Origin: Alloascoidea hylecoeti
Lineage: Eukaryota
Length of the DNA stretch: 64,000 nucleotides
Direction of reading: 5' to 3'
Assembly: GCA_001600815.1 (NCBI GenBank)
Contig: BCKZ01000009.1
Span: 460,194 to 524,193 of the forward strand
Shown here: one piece after another, positions 35,169 through 47,332 of the stretch
How positions within the stretch are numbered: the stretch's first letter is position 1
Layout of the letters: the number at the start of each line of letters is the position of its first letter
Translations under genes and position numbers: made by a program
Notes under the pieces: model-generated
Seen by the model: the letters and a program-made list of their open reading frames with translations, nothing else
The model's database searches: none
What the model was told of the DNA's origin: nothing

Positions 35169-35744
35169 AAACTATTCAACTTGAACCTTTTCTTGAAGAT
35201 AATATAAGTGTGATAGGAAGTTGGTATGGAATCATGTTATATAATATTATCTAATTTCTTAACTATTTTTTCTACCTATTTGTAGCGTTATTTTTGAAAA
35301 ATATATAGCGAAAAGTTTGGGGATTATAATTAGTTTGCACTTTCGTGTGGACCCACCATCCGTCACAATCTCGCTGCTTATTACCATGGCCAGATTCGAA
35401 ACGAGACCTTTTGTTTCTTTCTATCTACAGCTGGTTTTACACTTATGAATTTCTTGGGTCCGAAGGAACTTGGGTCCCCAAGTGTTAGTTTGGATTCTTT
35501 ACCAGACCAAATTTTGCCTGTGAAGTGAATTCGAAAGATTTTATTTACAATTAAGAAATTACCAAGTGAAATATGCATATGCATAATGCTAAGTTCAGGA
35601 TTGGCTATGCATATATCCTACCTAATTTTTCTATGCATATTAAGATATTATCGAAAATTGGACATATCTCTACAAATATTAATCGCTAGTTCACAACTTC
35701 ACATTGCCAACTTCAAGTTCTCAAGTTCACAAGCCAACTTACTA

Positions 35745-36320
35745 ATGAAAAAAGTACTTCTGTTGATCTACTCTGTATTGATATTCTGGGCGTTTGTTGG
35801 TATGCTCGATACTAATGAGAGTGAATTCTTTTGAGCTAATGTCGACGTCTCTAGTGGAATTTCCATCTAACAGATGATGAACCACAACATATAATACTAA
35901 TGATGATTCTCTTATGAACGTTCAAGACTACTTTATAATTTTCTTATAACGAAATGGATTTACGTCGATATTAGTCCTATGAATTAATATTCAATTGAAT
36001 CTGAAGCATAGATATAACTAGTTCAAGTACCAGTGAGTTTTCTTGATTACTTTAATTTCTAATTTTATAATCATTTTAGGTACATTCTAGGAATCATCCA
36101 CCTGAAGTTGAATTACTAATGAGGTGACAACATTGGCATCAACGTTGATTGTGTTGGACATTTTCATGGGATTTATTGCAGTTAAATCCTTGGAAAACAG
36201 TATTTGCTCAAATGGAAATAATTGATCAATTACAGACTGAAAACATATGAAGTATACTCCACAGCCGTTACACCAAGCCTTTGAATCGAAAATATTCATA
36301 CGATAAGAAGCCTAAGTGTG
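35745..36320 (+). pseudogene. Possible decayed fungal transcription-factor (Fungal_trans middle-homology region) gene
   Basis: Stop-riddled fragments VLLLIYSVLIFWAFVGMLDTNESEFF, TNDDSLMNVQDYFIIFL and HPPEVELLMR*QHWHQR*LCW occur in the expected order, around an intron-like GTGAGT...CTAAT...TTTTAG (about 36033-36079). Resemblance judged by eye only. Confidence 0.35.
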
Positions 36321-37603
36321 TCTTATAATAAGGACTGTAAAGGAGGCCGTGCTTCACTATAAAGCGACTTGCCTGTAATCATCGCTAGTGTGTCATGTAA
36401 GGGGTAAAATATGAGGCAACTAATAACCTAACTAAAGGATGTGAACTTTACTGAATTATCAGAGAACAGTATGATCTGCTATTTAAGTGCAAATATGATA
36501 AAGTCTTTGCAAAGAGACTTAACTCTAGTTACCACAATCGTTTCAATCACTCTGTGTATTACAGAAAATAAATATCAAGGCCAAAAATGTCCATCAGCGC
36601 AACTACGAGAAGAGCTGGTATAATACAACACCTGAAGAAGGCTTTAAATGATTCTCCACTTGACGTTCTGTAAATTTACACATTTATATAGAAAAATTTG
36701 AAAAGTGTGTCTTTTTTTTATTCTTCCTAAAGGAAATTTCAGATATATTATAATTATCAAAAAACCTTATTGTTTACTACGTCCTAATTTATCTGACTCG
36801 TAGAAAATATGCTTATATATTAATGGCTTGGAATATTCCAATGTGTACTAAAAGATTATGGATCTTGTATGCTTATAATTATATTTCAATGATAAGTTTT
36901 AAAATTATTTACAATTAGTTATGGTATATATAAAAGAATGGAGTCATTATCATAAGTTAAAAACGCTTTCTTTAGATATCACTCCAAGAAATAAAATAAA
37001 AAAAGCCACTACTATAACCAGCTATTGATTACTCCACAAAATCAACTGTTCTTAGATTTTAGATGTTGGATGTATATGCATATCAATCTACATAAAATGA
37101 TATTTCAACTTTACTATTTAGTTAGCGCCTATCATTCGTTTATAAGATTATATTATATTCTGATTGAAAGGGACTCAAAAAATTGATTATCTTCATTTCC
37201 ACACCATGTAGAAAGCTCATAGTTGCAATTCCTGCCTTGTAATGAGGAGATTCCTTATGGACTCAATTGGATTCAGGTCCAGTGAATATGGCTGCTACTC
37301 CAGCACCTCCATCTCACGAAACCACTCCTGTCTCATATGTGTCTATCTTTAAATTATATCGTTTTGTTTCCTTCATTATTTTCATTCAAAAAAGGCCCTT
37401 TACATGCCGAACATATTCTGCATTTATGTTTTTATAAAATTATTAGGGTGGACTCTGAAGAAAAAAAAGGGTAAATTTAATCGAGGAGCAGTTGAACATA
37501 ACAAATGTCATAGGAGAGACGATATATGGAAATGCTATTACTAAATTGGTCTTAATTATATTGTCTAATTTAATTTAACTACAAACACATACTGATTATG
37601 AAC

Positions 37604-40600
37604 TCAATCATTAAGACCCCGAAGAAATTTCTTTCGTATTTCAACACCATCTTTTCCATGTTTTAACGTTATCCGCCGCAAAGCTTTTTTATCAATAGAT
37701 AACTCCTCATAATCTATTACAGGCCTTAAAACCAAATCATCGCCTTTTGACCATATCCCACAACTTGTTGGTATTAATTTCTTCTCCAAAATATATTTCA
37801 GGACAAATTGCGCTAATTGTTTATTGCAACTCGTGAGATATATGGCTCTATTAATATCACTTAAAGCCGCATTCGGAAAACTTTTGGAAAGATGGGTAAT
37901 TATGGTCTTTTGTTCCAACATATTAGTAGCCCTTGACTTTCTGAATTGATTTTGATTGATGATTTCGGTAGATATTTTTTCTAAAGATGAATGAGGTTTA
38001 TTCTTATTAAAATTATTATTCCTCATGGTATTATTGTGATTATTTTTGTTAGTCTTATTATTTTTGTTAGTCTTATTGTTTTTGTTAATGTTATTACTTT
38101 TGTTGATCTTATTATTATTGTTAACATTCTTATTACCGTTAATGCTATTGTTGTTAATCATATTCTTATTGTTAACATTCTTATCACCGTTAATGCTATT
38201 ATCATTATTGACTTTTCCTGTTTTGAATGCAGAATTTTTGATTGAAATTAGACCGGGGGATGGTGTGGACTTTCTATCACTAGATGGCGTAGCTTCAACT
38301 AATTTATTAGGTTTTATTTGATATAACGTAAAATTCATAGACTTTTCATTATTAGACACCTGACTAGAACCAAATGGATTATTTGAGTTCTGTGATGATT
38401 TGTGATTTAAGATTAAAGTTTGTGTATCGTTATTTTGTGAAGCTTGAGATTGAACCTGATCGAAAAGAATATCGATATCACTAATAACATCCTTTTTATT
38501 AGAACTATGATGGGTTGAAGGTATACTATTTTCCAAACTATCACTTAAAACTACTCTTTCTTCATCATTTAGATCCTGTTCGGGTTCTAGTTCAGTTTGG
38601 CTCAACAAACTAATATGTAATTGTTTCCGAGTTTCTAGGCTATTTGACTCATTTATCACACCGGATGTTTGCGATTCTTCCTGTGTTTCCAAAGTATGAT
38701 TGTTTTGAACGATTTTGTTATTGATGTTTCCATCATCATCAAATTTTGAAAATACAGATTTAGAATACATTGGAAGTTTTCTTTCTTCATTATTATTATC
38801 ATTATCAAAAGCTATATTGAGTATAATGACATCATCATCTACATCATTATTGTTTTGAATTTTCAATTCAGTGATATTATTCAATGAAGATGGTAGTGAT
38901 TGTAATTGAGTGCTTGAAGCAAGAAATTTGGAAGTCGAAGGAATATCGCCGTTGATATTAAAATGTGTTTTTTCCTGACTTGAAATACTACCAAGTGATG
39001 AGCTAGTATTATTTATATGTATTTCACTACTATCACTGTTATGGTAGATATTGCCTTTATTGCTTTGCCCCTGCTTTAATAGTACAGATTTATCTGTAAT
39101 AGATGAGTCTTGGGTTGGAGATTCCGTGCCTGGGATAATAGTAAGTCGGATTGATATGTCTGTTTCTCGTGAAAGTTTTTGAGAAGGGCTATCGTTAGAA
39201 CTAGGAATATCTATAATACTTTCATGCGATGGTATATATGGATCTGAATCTTGGGTTGTTTTATTAGTCGACTGAGATAATTGTGGAATATTCATTCCAA
39301 GTTGAGATTTTGAAAATTGGGGTTGACCAGATGGTAAGTTAATGTCAATTTGCGGACTATTTGATGAAAAAGAGGAATATGGAATAACATTTTCACCGTT
39401 AGTTTTTGGTGAACCTTCCACAGCAGGACTGTGATTGTCCCCATAACTTAAGTGTTTCTGATGATTGGATATTTCGATTCTATCTGCCGTGGGGGTTAGA
39501 ACCTCCGACTGAGTAGGGTTAAAAGAATTATTTAAGTAAGAGTCTTGAGACCCACTCGAGAAGGAATGTGTGGATTGCGTTAATTCAGATAAACTTGAAT
39601 TTCTGATAATTTGACGCAATTCAATCCATCTAGTTTTACTATTGACATCTGATGATTTAGCTGTGGGTTGAGAAAGAGACAAAAACTTTTGAGCATTGGA
39701 AGATTCGCTTATATTGACTCGAGTTGGAGGTTGTGATTGAGATATATGTTGAGAGTCAGTTGATGTAGATAAATTTATTTCATTAATGTATGAACTCATA
39801 TTTCGATGTGATTGTACTATTAATGAATCACTATTAGAACCATTAGTTGAGCTTTCAAAAGAAGTACTATTATTCACTTGTCTTGAGTTAAGAACGAGCC
39901 TTGCTTTGCGTTTAATAACAGATTCTTGCTCAATTGAAGAATTATTAGCAGAAGAAGTAGTATGGGTATTAATTCTCATGATATTAAAAGTTTCATTAGG
40001 AACTTCCATTGAAGTTAGTTGTGCATCTTCAGATGATGATTGGGGAGCACCATTCTCTATAGGCACTATTATTATTGACTGTAAATTTGAGTGGTGGCCT
40101 TCATCTCTTCTAGGTTGAGAGATTACAGGATCGCTATCAATATGTTCTTTGGATTGCATTGATTCTGTAGAGATTAAAGGGTTTTGTGATATTTCTGTAT
40201 CGGACAGAGGTTTAAGACTATTCGTGGTATCATTAATAACATGTGACGAGTTATTATGCCGAGGACGAGGAATATTGATCGGGTTGAATGCTCCTCCAGT
40301 GAACTGTTCACGTCGTCTCTTTTTCAGTAATAATAAGTTGTCGATTTGTGCTGTGTTTTCCGCACTGTCATTTCTTTTTCGCTTGTTTCCCTTACTGAAG
40401 TCCAAATTATACTCAGGAGATAGTTTGCGTAGTCTGTATCTAATAGATTGAAATGTCCTATGAGAGATCTATATTAAATCAGTTAAAAAACAACTCTAAA
40501 ATATTTACAGTTATAAAAATACTTACTTTTTCGAGCAGTTTATAGACAACCTTGGTCTCATTCCAATATAACTCAATTCCATGTCTAGCCTCTTGTACAA

Positions 40601-41020
40601 TAATCATGTCTTCTTCGTTTGTGTATTGTTTTTTATTGATATAAGTGTACATAAGATAGTTTTTAGGATCTTGAAGTTCCTTACAATTGATACAATCTTT
40701 GATAAAATCCAGAGTTAACATGAGTTTTGGGGGATTATGCTTTTTTACTGAAGAATTTGTTACGATAATATAATCACATTCCGAGGCAGGTTTGATAAGT
40801 CCACCATATTGCTAAGATATTTGGAGTTAGTTGGAGCGAACTTGAACACAAATGAATAGCAAACGCGTACGCGTACTTCAATTTTTAAAGACCAATCTCG
40901 AACAAAGTCCTTTTCCGAAGATAGTATATAGAAGCTAATAGAATGATTGTTCCTAATAAATAGAGAGCTGAGATCAGAGTTTAGGGTAGTTGGTCCCAAT
41001 TCTGATATCGATGGAATCAT
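37604..41020 (-). CDS. RAP1: Rap1/TERF2IP-like telomere protein: BRCT, one Myb, long S/N-rich linker, RCT; 3 exons
   Basis: Introns 40812-40876 and 40469-40526 join a BRCT (SFYIL...IEQYGG...LDFIKDCI), a Myb (KQYTNEEDMII...ISHRTFQSIRYRLRK) and a C-terminal RCT (RAIYLTSC...GIWSKGDD..L...KHG..GVEIRKKFL). Confidence 0.82.
38010..38210 (-). repeat. Asn/Lys-rich coding repeats in the RAP1 linker
   Basis: Duplicated TTGTTAACATTCTTATYACCGTTAATGCTATT (about 51-bp period) plus 18-bp NKNNKT units. Confidence 0.85.
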
Positions 41021-41289
41021 TGGATTATCACATATCAAAATTTAAATTCTAAAAAGTTCCAGATTCTCATGTAGGGTAACCCAAAATACAAGCACTTTTT
41101 GCTTACTGAAGTATTTCCTACTAATGTTTCGCATGAGATAAGGTGTGTTGCTGGTAACTATGGAGAGTATAGCTACGCATTGATATAACCACTCTCTTTA
41201 TATATTTTAAGTGTTAAATGTTAAAAAACTCTTCTTGAGTTTAATGCGTACTTCAGCGGCTATTAGCTTAACTATGGAAGCATCAAATG

Positions 41290-41296
41290 CGGGTAA
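41290..41296. promoter_or_regulatory. Reb1-type site CGGGTAA in the RAP1/DUF2011 divergent promoter
   Basis: Consensus match about 70 bp upstream of ATG 41365. Confidence 0.55.
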
Positions 41297-41364
41297 CACC
41301 TTGAACAAAATTGGTTTTTAGTAAACTTCCCATAGTCAAAATATAATATAATTTATAAATTTAA

Positions 41365-42205
41365 ATGGACAAAAGGTATAAAATCAACTTATTTATCGTC
41401 TTGCAATTCCTTTCTTATTTTGTTTTGCTAACTTTGATAATACAGAATATCTAGAGCGGAAATATTTGGTTCCGACAAGGAATCATCTCCTGATCCTGAG
41501 GTAGAAGGTGCCTTTCTTCATCAATTCGATGATATTGAATTTGAAGATGTCAATGATACTCCTTCAAATATGACAAAAACCATTATCAATCCTGAGGTAT
41601 CTGATGATAATAATATGGAAAATTCAGGCGATGAGTTTGATTTTCCGTTATTTGAAATAATAAAACCTTCAAAAGATGCTTCACGAACAGATAATACCAT
41701 GTCAAAAATAACATTAAGGTCACCAAGTCCAGAAATATACATACAGCCCGAAAGACCAAAAAGTTATTATTTCTCAGAAGTGTATGTAGAAATAAAATAT
41801 ATATGGCGGTAGTTGGTTGACTATAAAGCTAACTATCACATGTTATAGCACTGATGTATCACGACAACAATATCAATCTTCGGCAATCTCAGGGAAAGAT
41901 ATTATCTCACAAAGCACCATAATATTGGTATGTTTTCATAAGTTTATCCTCAATGTTATATCCTGCTTGTTTTAACCTCCCAATTTTTGAATTAGAGCGG
42001 AATGAAAATGCCTTGGAGAGTAATCAATCTAAATGCTCATAATGAATCTGTCAAACGGAATAATAAACGAAATAGACCCTCAAGTAAGAAAAGAAAAGAG
42101 AGAGTTGAAAAGAGAAAAACCGAGAAACAAAGATCTAAAAAAGAAAGGCTTGAAAGGATGTCAAAGAAGAGCCCAAGGTGGTACAATAAAAGTCGACAAA
42201 AATAA
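41365..42205 (+). CDS. DUF2011-like small fungal protein with a basic C-terminus, 4 exons
   Basis: Spliced MDKR|ISRAEIF...FDFPLF...ITLRSPSP...ERPKSYYF...PWRVI...RPSSKKR. Introns at about 41376-41445, 41782-41849 and 41928-41995. Confidence 0.75.
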
Positions 42206-43918
42206 CATCATGAAGTCAAACCAACAATAATTGTATTCTTTTAACTCTCAACAGCGGTATTCATTAAAGTGCTAGGGCATCGACACAAGAACCTCATTTT
42301 ATCTCTCAATTCAAAAGTTAATGAGATACCCTTCGAATTCCGTTTTGATATAAACCGATCTATGTTCTCTTATGCAATTTATCATGAACACAAAACACTT
42401 AAATTTATAACCGTAGCTGTTTTTTTTTTGAGAAACGCCAGAAAATCGTATTGCGTGTCTTGTTTAGTTAGTTTTACAATTTCAATATATCCCATATCGC
42501 ATATCAAATGGGACATGAGAAGCGCTACTTTGCAACTATAATGGATCATGAACGTATAGAAAACCATATATGTATTCAAGAAGCGTCTTAATTAATATAT
42601 AAATTCATGGTTAAAATAACTAAATTATGTAAATATTAGATAATGATCTAAATGTTTTAATTTTATATATAGAATTATATCCGTATAAATAAAGAGTAGT
42701 TACCTTAAGCTTTAGTTTATTGTTGTCCACTCTATAAAATCTTGTTAAGTAGTCGAATGTTGTGTTTAAGATATGGCCGATTATTTAATTTATCAACTAC
42801 CTGATATTTATTCATCATGACCTAGTGTATCATGTGGCTGTAAGTACAAGTAGCCGAATATTACTACCTTAAGTGATCCAACGGAAGTCCATCATCTGAC
42901 CGATTATTTACTTCTATAAATATGCGAATATATCTTATCAGAATGCCGAATACTTAATGCTTACGATATTTGTGAAATATTCCAAAAGATAGTGCTTCTA
43001 GTATAATGACAGTATGGAACCAACATCTTTCCATCCGCTATATTGGAAAAATATTAGCAAAGAGCCTGGGTGTTAATTAGCGATATATGCCTAAATTAAT
43101 TGGGGCCAACTTTAGAAATTTAATTAAAATACTTTCTGGTAATTGGTTAGTGATCTACTTGTTGGCTGTTGTTGAAATTGTGATTTACACATATGATAGG
43201 AATTGAAAGGGAAAGAGAGGTTATTGGACAACGATACCCTTCACTGATTTTAACACATATCTACACTGATAAGCCAGATGAATGTTTGATTAAAAAGAAT
43301 GATATTTACTATAGCTATAGCTATAGACTATGCATATATGAGAAATTTGCAATTGATATTGCAAGAGCCAAATTAGTTTGCTAAATATAATATTTAAACA
43401 AAAAATTCTGCTCTCAATCTCTACGTAACGATGATGGTAAAGATATAGAGGGAGAAAATGAATTGAACTGAACACCAAGTTTAATTAAATATGAATTATA
43501 CCCTAGACCCGGTGAAAACGTAAACACCCTTGGTCCCTTATATAAAATATTATATACAAGCCTTACATCTGGAAAACTGTAAGGTGTATAAAATATTACC
43601 TGACAAAAACATTTAAAACTTGTATATTATTTAATTATGAGATATCTATATATTTGGGAGGATTGGGAATATATAATTATAATCGATATGTTCTTTATTT
43701 ATAAAAACTATATTTAAAAATATGAGCTATACCTTTATAATATCTTCATCTATTTATGATCAGAAATCAATTGTGTAATATAAACGAGAACATATACAAA
43801 TCAAGTTATAGTAGTACAATTCATTTATTTATACTTAATTATTTGTTTTTTCCGAGTGGCTTTTAGAATCTAACAAAAAAGGGAATTTTTTTATATTTTT
43901 GTTTTTTTAAATTTAGAT

Positions 43919-46231
43919 TTAAACATCTAAATGAGTATTAATCTCATTAAGACCAAAATTAGCCATATTCCTAACATCAATATCATTATCATCGTGCATT
44001 TGTTTATTTAAATCATCAATTAAAGCGATTATTGCCTTTCTTGTATTGGGATTCAATTTTGAAGTATCTGAAGAATCCTTAATTTGGTTTTCTAACTTGT
44101 CAAATTTTGATTCAATATCTTCTTCAAAGGGTGAAAGAACTAAATGTTGAAGTTTATTTTGCTCGTGGTTAGGGGATACATGTATTCGAGATGAATTTGT
44201 TTGAATATTCCCGGAAAGAGATGTAAGGCTATGAGGGGAATTTTCATCTAACTTCATTTCAGTATCAGGATCATCAGCATTAAGAGATGGTTCTGAATTT
44301 GGTAAAAATGAAGAAGGTGTAGGTGTGGCGGAATTAAGGTTAGCAGCTATGATTGAATGATTTTCCTCCTTTTTTGTATTTGTAGTGGGTTTGGATTCAA
44401 AAATATCTTTATGAGTTGATTTAAAATTATCGATAAATTGTTTAACAATGGTAACATAAATTTTTGAAACATTAAATCTAATATTTGGAATATCATCTTC
44501 CAAGAAATTAATTTTCAGGAAAGGTAAAATATAATTTATAATAATATCATCATTGGTGATTGTAGAAACTAAAACATTTAACGTCTGGATAGCAGTTAAA
44601 CGATATTGAAAATGCATTTTTGTCTTATCTACTACATTACTCTTTAGGTCATTATTATCAGCTGAAACATCTTTATCTTTATCAGCATCGTTCAATTCAA
44701 TATCTTCATCTGATGTTTGAGAGCTTGGAGCAGGATCATTTGGTAAGTTATACCACTGAGTAGTAATTAAACTTGATATGATTTCTTTCTTACACCATTC
44801 AACACCAAAAATTTGAGTTAATGATCTTAAATTTTGCATTGCAGTTTCACGGATAGAATAAACTGGATCACATAACCAATTTAAAGATAAGACTTTCAAT
44901 TCTTTATTAAAGAATTCCACACCTAATTGAGATGATAATGGGGGGATATTTTTCACAATTTCCAACCTGACACGCCATTGAGGGCTTGATGCCAAATCAG
45001 TAATAGACAACAATAAAGCAGTTGCCAAATGACTGATACCGATTACCTTATTGACAACGGAAAGATTTGAGATGATATTTAATCTGACATCAGAGAAATC
45101 ATCTCTTAACAGAGCTAGGAAAGTTGGTAGCAAATATTGAATAGTTAGATCTTTACCTAATATAGGGGATAAATCAGTAATTTTAGAAGAAAAAGCAGCT
45201 CGAACATGTTCATTTTCATCATTAGCCAAGTCATCCAAAAGCGGTAATATTGAGTCGAGAATATTTTCAGGGGTTAGGATTTTACAAAAAGCAGGCAATT
45301 TCTTGGCCATAACAGTTCTAACTTCAGCTTCTTTATCTTTAATTAGAGTGATGACAGTGGATGTTATGAGTTCTTTGTGTTGAGGGGAAGTTATCAAAAA
45401 AGAAACGATTTTATCTATTCTTTCCACGGTCATATACCTGACACGCCAACTCTTATCAGTAAATAAACTTAAGCAGTAGTTTAATAGTTGATCATTAAGT
45501 TCGGGAGAAATGTGAGAAGAAGCATCGAGTTTTTCAGTTAAGGCGACGAGGGTGTCTATAGTTAATAAACGAACTGAATCCTGGGGATCATTAAAGAGTA
45601 AATCTAGCATTTCCTGCACGTGGTCGAAGTAAGGGACCAAAAAAGGGAGATGTGTTGCGGCCGCACGTCTAACCATGGGGTCATCTTTGACAAGGCGAGT
45701 GAATAGTTCCTCTAACTGGATAGTATATGATACAGGAAGCTTTTGGAGCATATTTTTGAAGAGGGCGGTAGCAGAGACTCTTGTCATGATCCACTTATTA
45801 TTACCCAAGCGCATGACCAAGGGAAGAAAATCATCAATTATCTGGCTGTCAGAGACACCGTCATATGCAGCCAAGTAGTTGAAAGTTTGAATGGCTTGAT
45901 CTCTAATTGGAGGCTCCAACGAAAGAAGCGATTCCAAGGCAGGCAGTAAGACGGAGATGTGGTCAGGACCACCCACCAGGGGGACAAACAGACGTAGCTT
46001 TTCTGCAATGACAAGGTAAACATCGTCTTCGTCGTCCAACAGTGAGTCCTCTAGAAAGGGAATGAGTTCAGATCTGGTTCGTTCTGGTTCCAGAGAAGTG
46101 GCGATTTGCGGCAAGTGTTCAAAAGCATTCAGTCGGACAGCAGGATCATCATGCTTGAGATCGTCCATCAACTGCGCGAGGGGGAAGAGAGGCGACGCAG
46201 GAAATTGGGTGTCTATATTGGAGTCGTCCAT
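43919..46231 (-). CDS. TPD3: PP2A scaffold (A) subunit, HEAT repeats; divergent, with C-terminal insertions
   Basis: LFPLAQLMDDLKHDD, PERTRSELIPFL, PMVRRAAA, DSVRLL, DKSWRVRYM, WLCDPVYSIRE, IPNIRFNV. Confidence 0.88.
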   Translation of the reverse strand: MDDSNIDTQFPASPLFPLAQLMDDLKHDDPAVRLNAFEHLPQIATSLEPERTRSELIPFLEDSLLDDEDDVYLVIAEKLRLFVPLVGGPDHISVLLPALESLLSLEPPIRDQAIQTFNYLAAYDGVSDSQIIDDFLPLVMRLGNNKWIMTRVSATALFKNMLQKLPVSYTIQLEELFTRLVKDDPMVRRAAATHLPFLVPYFDHVQEMLDLLFNDPQDSVRLLTIDTLVALTEKLDASSHISPELNDQLLNYCLSLFTDKSWRVRYMTVERIDKIVSFLITSPQHKELITSTVITLIKDKEAEVRTVMAKKLPAFCKILTPENILDSILPLLDDLANDENEHVRAAFSSKITDLSPILGKDLTIQYLLPTFLALLRDDFSDVRLNIISNLSVVNKVIGISHLATALLLSITDLASSPQWRVRLEIVKNIPPLSSQLGVEFFNKELKVLSLNWLCDPVYSIRETAMQNLRSLTQIFGVEWCKKEIISSLITTQWYNLPNDPAPSSQTSDEDIELNDADKDKDVSADNNDLKSNVVDKTKMHFQYRLTAIQTLNVLVSTITNDDIIINYILPFLKINFLEDDIPNIRFNVSKIYVTIVKQFIDNFKSTHKDIFESKPTTNTKKEENHSIIAANLNSATPTPSSFLPNSEPSLNADDPDTEMKLDENSPHSLTSLSGNIQTNSSRIHVSPNHEQNKLQHLVLSPFEEDIESKFDKLENQIKDSSDTSKLNPNTRKAIIALIDDLNKQMHDDNDIDVRNMANFGLNEINTHLDV

Positions 46232-46524
46232 TGCTGCTGCCTTGAGTGAAGGGTTTCAATATTGAAGGTGTATTTGATGTGCTGGTCTATGCGTGTAAAC
46301 GTGGGACCGGTACCACAACTACACACCCGCCATATGATGATTTTCTCGGTTCCTTTCCTCACAAACGTAACAATCTCTGTTCGCACTGTAAGTAAGTATC
46401 TCTTAGTGTTCCTCTTGGCTGTGCCGCCCCACACCGCCCCACTCCCGAACCCCACCCGCACAGCAACCCTGTCTGGGTGCCGGGGCCGGCCCTTCGCATT
46501 CCTGGTATTTCATTTCCGCTGCTC

Positions 46525-46531
46525 TGATTGG
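46525..46531 (-). promoter_or_regulatory. CCAAT box (Hap2/3/5-type) upstream of COX5
   Basis: TGATTGG about 35 bp before the COX5 ATG, the expected element for respiratory genes. Confidence 0.5.
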
Positions 46532-46566
46532 CTGATCTCTAACACTACTCATCTCAGTAATCCACC

Positions 46567-47091
46567 ATGCTCAAGTTTGCTGCTTCGTCCGCACGTCCTG
46601 CTCTCAATTTCAAGCCCTCGGTCCTCGCCAAGGCCTCTGCCGTCAGGTTCGCCCACCCCATTTCAAATCCTACAATTGCTGGTCTCTCACAACGCTGGGA
46701 AAAGCTCCCAAAAGAAGAACAAGCTGATATTGTTGACCTTTTGTCCGAGCGTCAGAAGGTTTCCTGGAAAGAGCTTTCCTTAAACGAAAAGAAGGCTGCT
46801 TGGTACATTTCCTACGGTGCCTGGGGGCCACGTACGCCCATTCACAAACCTGGTGATGTGAAATTTATCATTTTGGGTACTTTAGCTGGTTTAGCTGCAG
46901 CCCTCGCATTATTCGCCAGTGTCCGTACTTTTGGTGGAGAAGAGCCAAAGACTCTATCTAGAGAATGGCAAGAGGAGACTAATAAATACCTGAAATCAAA
47001 GAATGCCGAACCTTTCAGTGGTGGTGTTGATTACATCCAATCTCCTTCTAAAGGTCCTTTAGATGTTGAAGAAGATGATGATGATGAGTAG
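46567..47091 (+). CDS. COX5: Cytochrome c oxidase subunit 5 (COX4 family)
   Basis: Presequence, ISNPTIAGLSQRWEKLP, WKELSLNEKKAAWYISYGAWGPR, TM, TLSREWQE. Confidence 0.96.
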   Translation: MLKFAASSARPALNFKPSVLAKASAVRFAHPISNPTIAGLSQRWEKLPKEEQADIVDLLSERQKVSWKELSLNEKKAAWYISYGAWGPRTPIHKPGDVKFIILGTLAGLAAALALFASVRTFGGEEPKTLSREWQEETNKYLKSKNAEPFSGGVDYIQSPSKGPLDVEEDDDDE

Positions 47092-47332
47092 ATCTAATGA
47101 TTGATCCCCTTCTGTATCAATATATATATATATCAGCATCTTGTCCAATCTCCATCGACAATCAAATTAAACTACCGTTTATATAGTTAGATTACAATGT
47201 CAATGAAATAACATATTGTCTATTATAATTATATCCATAATAAGATTTCATAGGCCAGCTTACATCCATTCTCCTGTATCTAATGTTAGATTTGTTTTTT
47301 ATTTAATATACCAGAAGAAAGAAAAATATATA

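Noticed and set aside
37240..37335. GC-richer patch with a small hairpin, considered as tRNA
   Set aside because: No cloverleaf and no GTTCRA B-box.
41253..41262. URS1-like TCAGCGGCTA upstream of RAP1
   Set aside because: Mismatch in the GGCGGC core; a perfect core occurs only inside a CDS (about 5492), so no support for Ume6 control.
46262..46783. 173-aa ORF overlapping the COX5 start
   Set aside because: Non-ATG start, arises from the GC island, out of frame with a clearly conserved gene.
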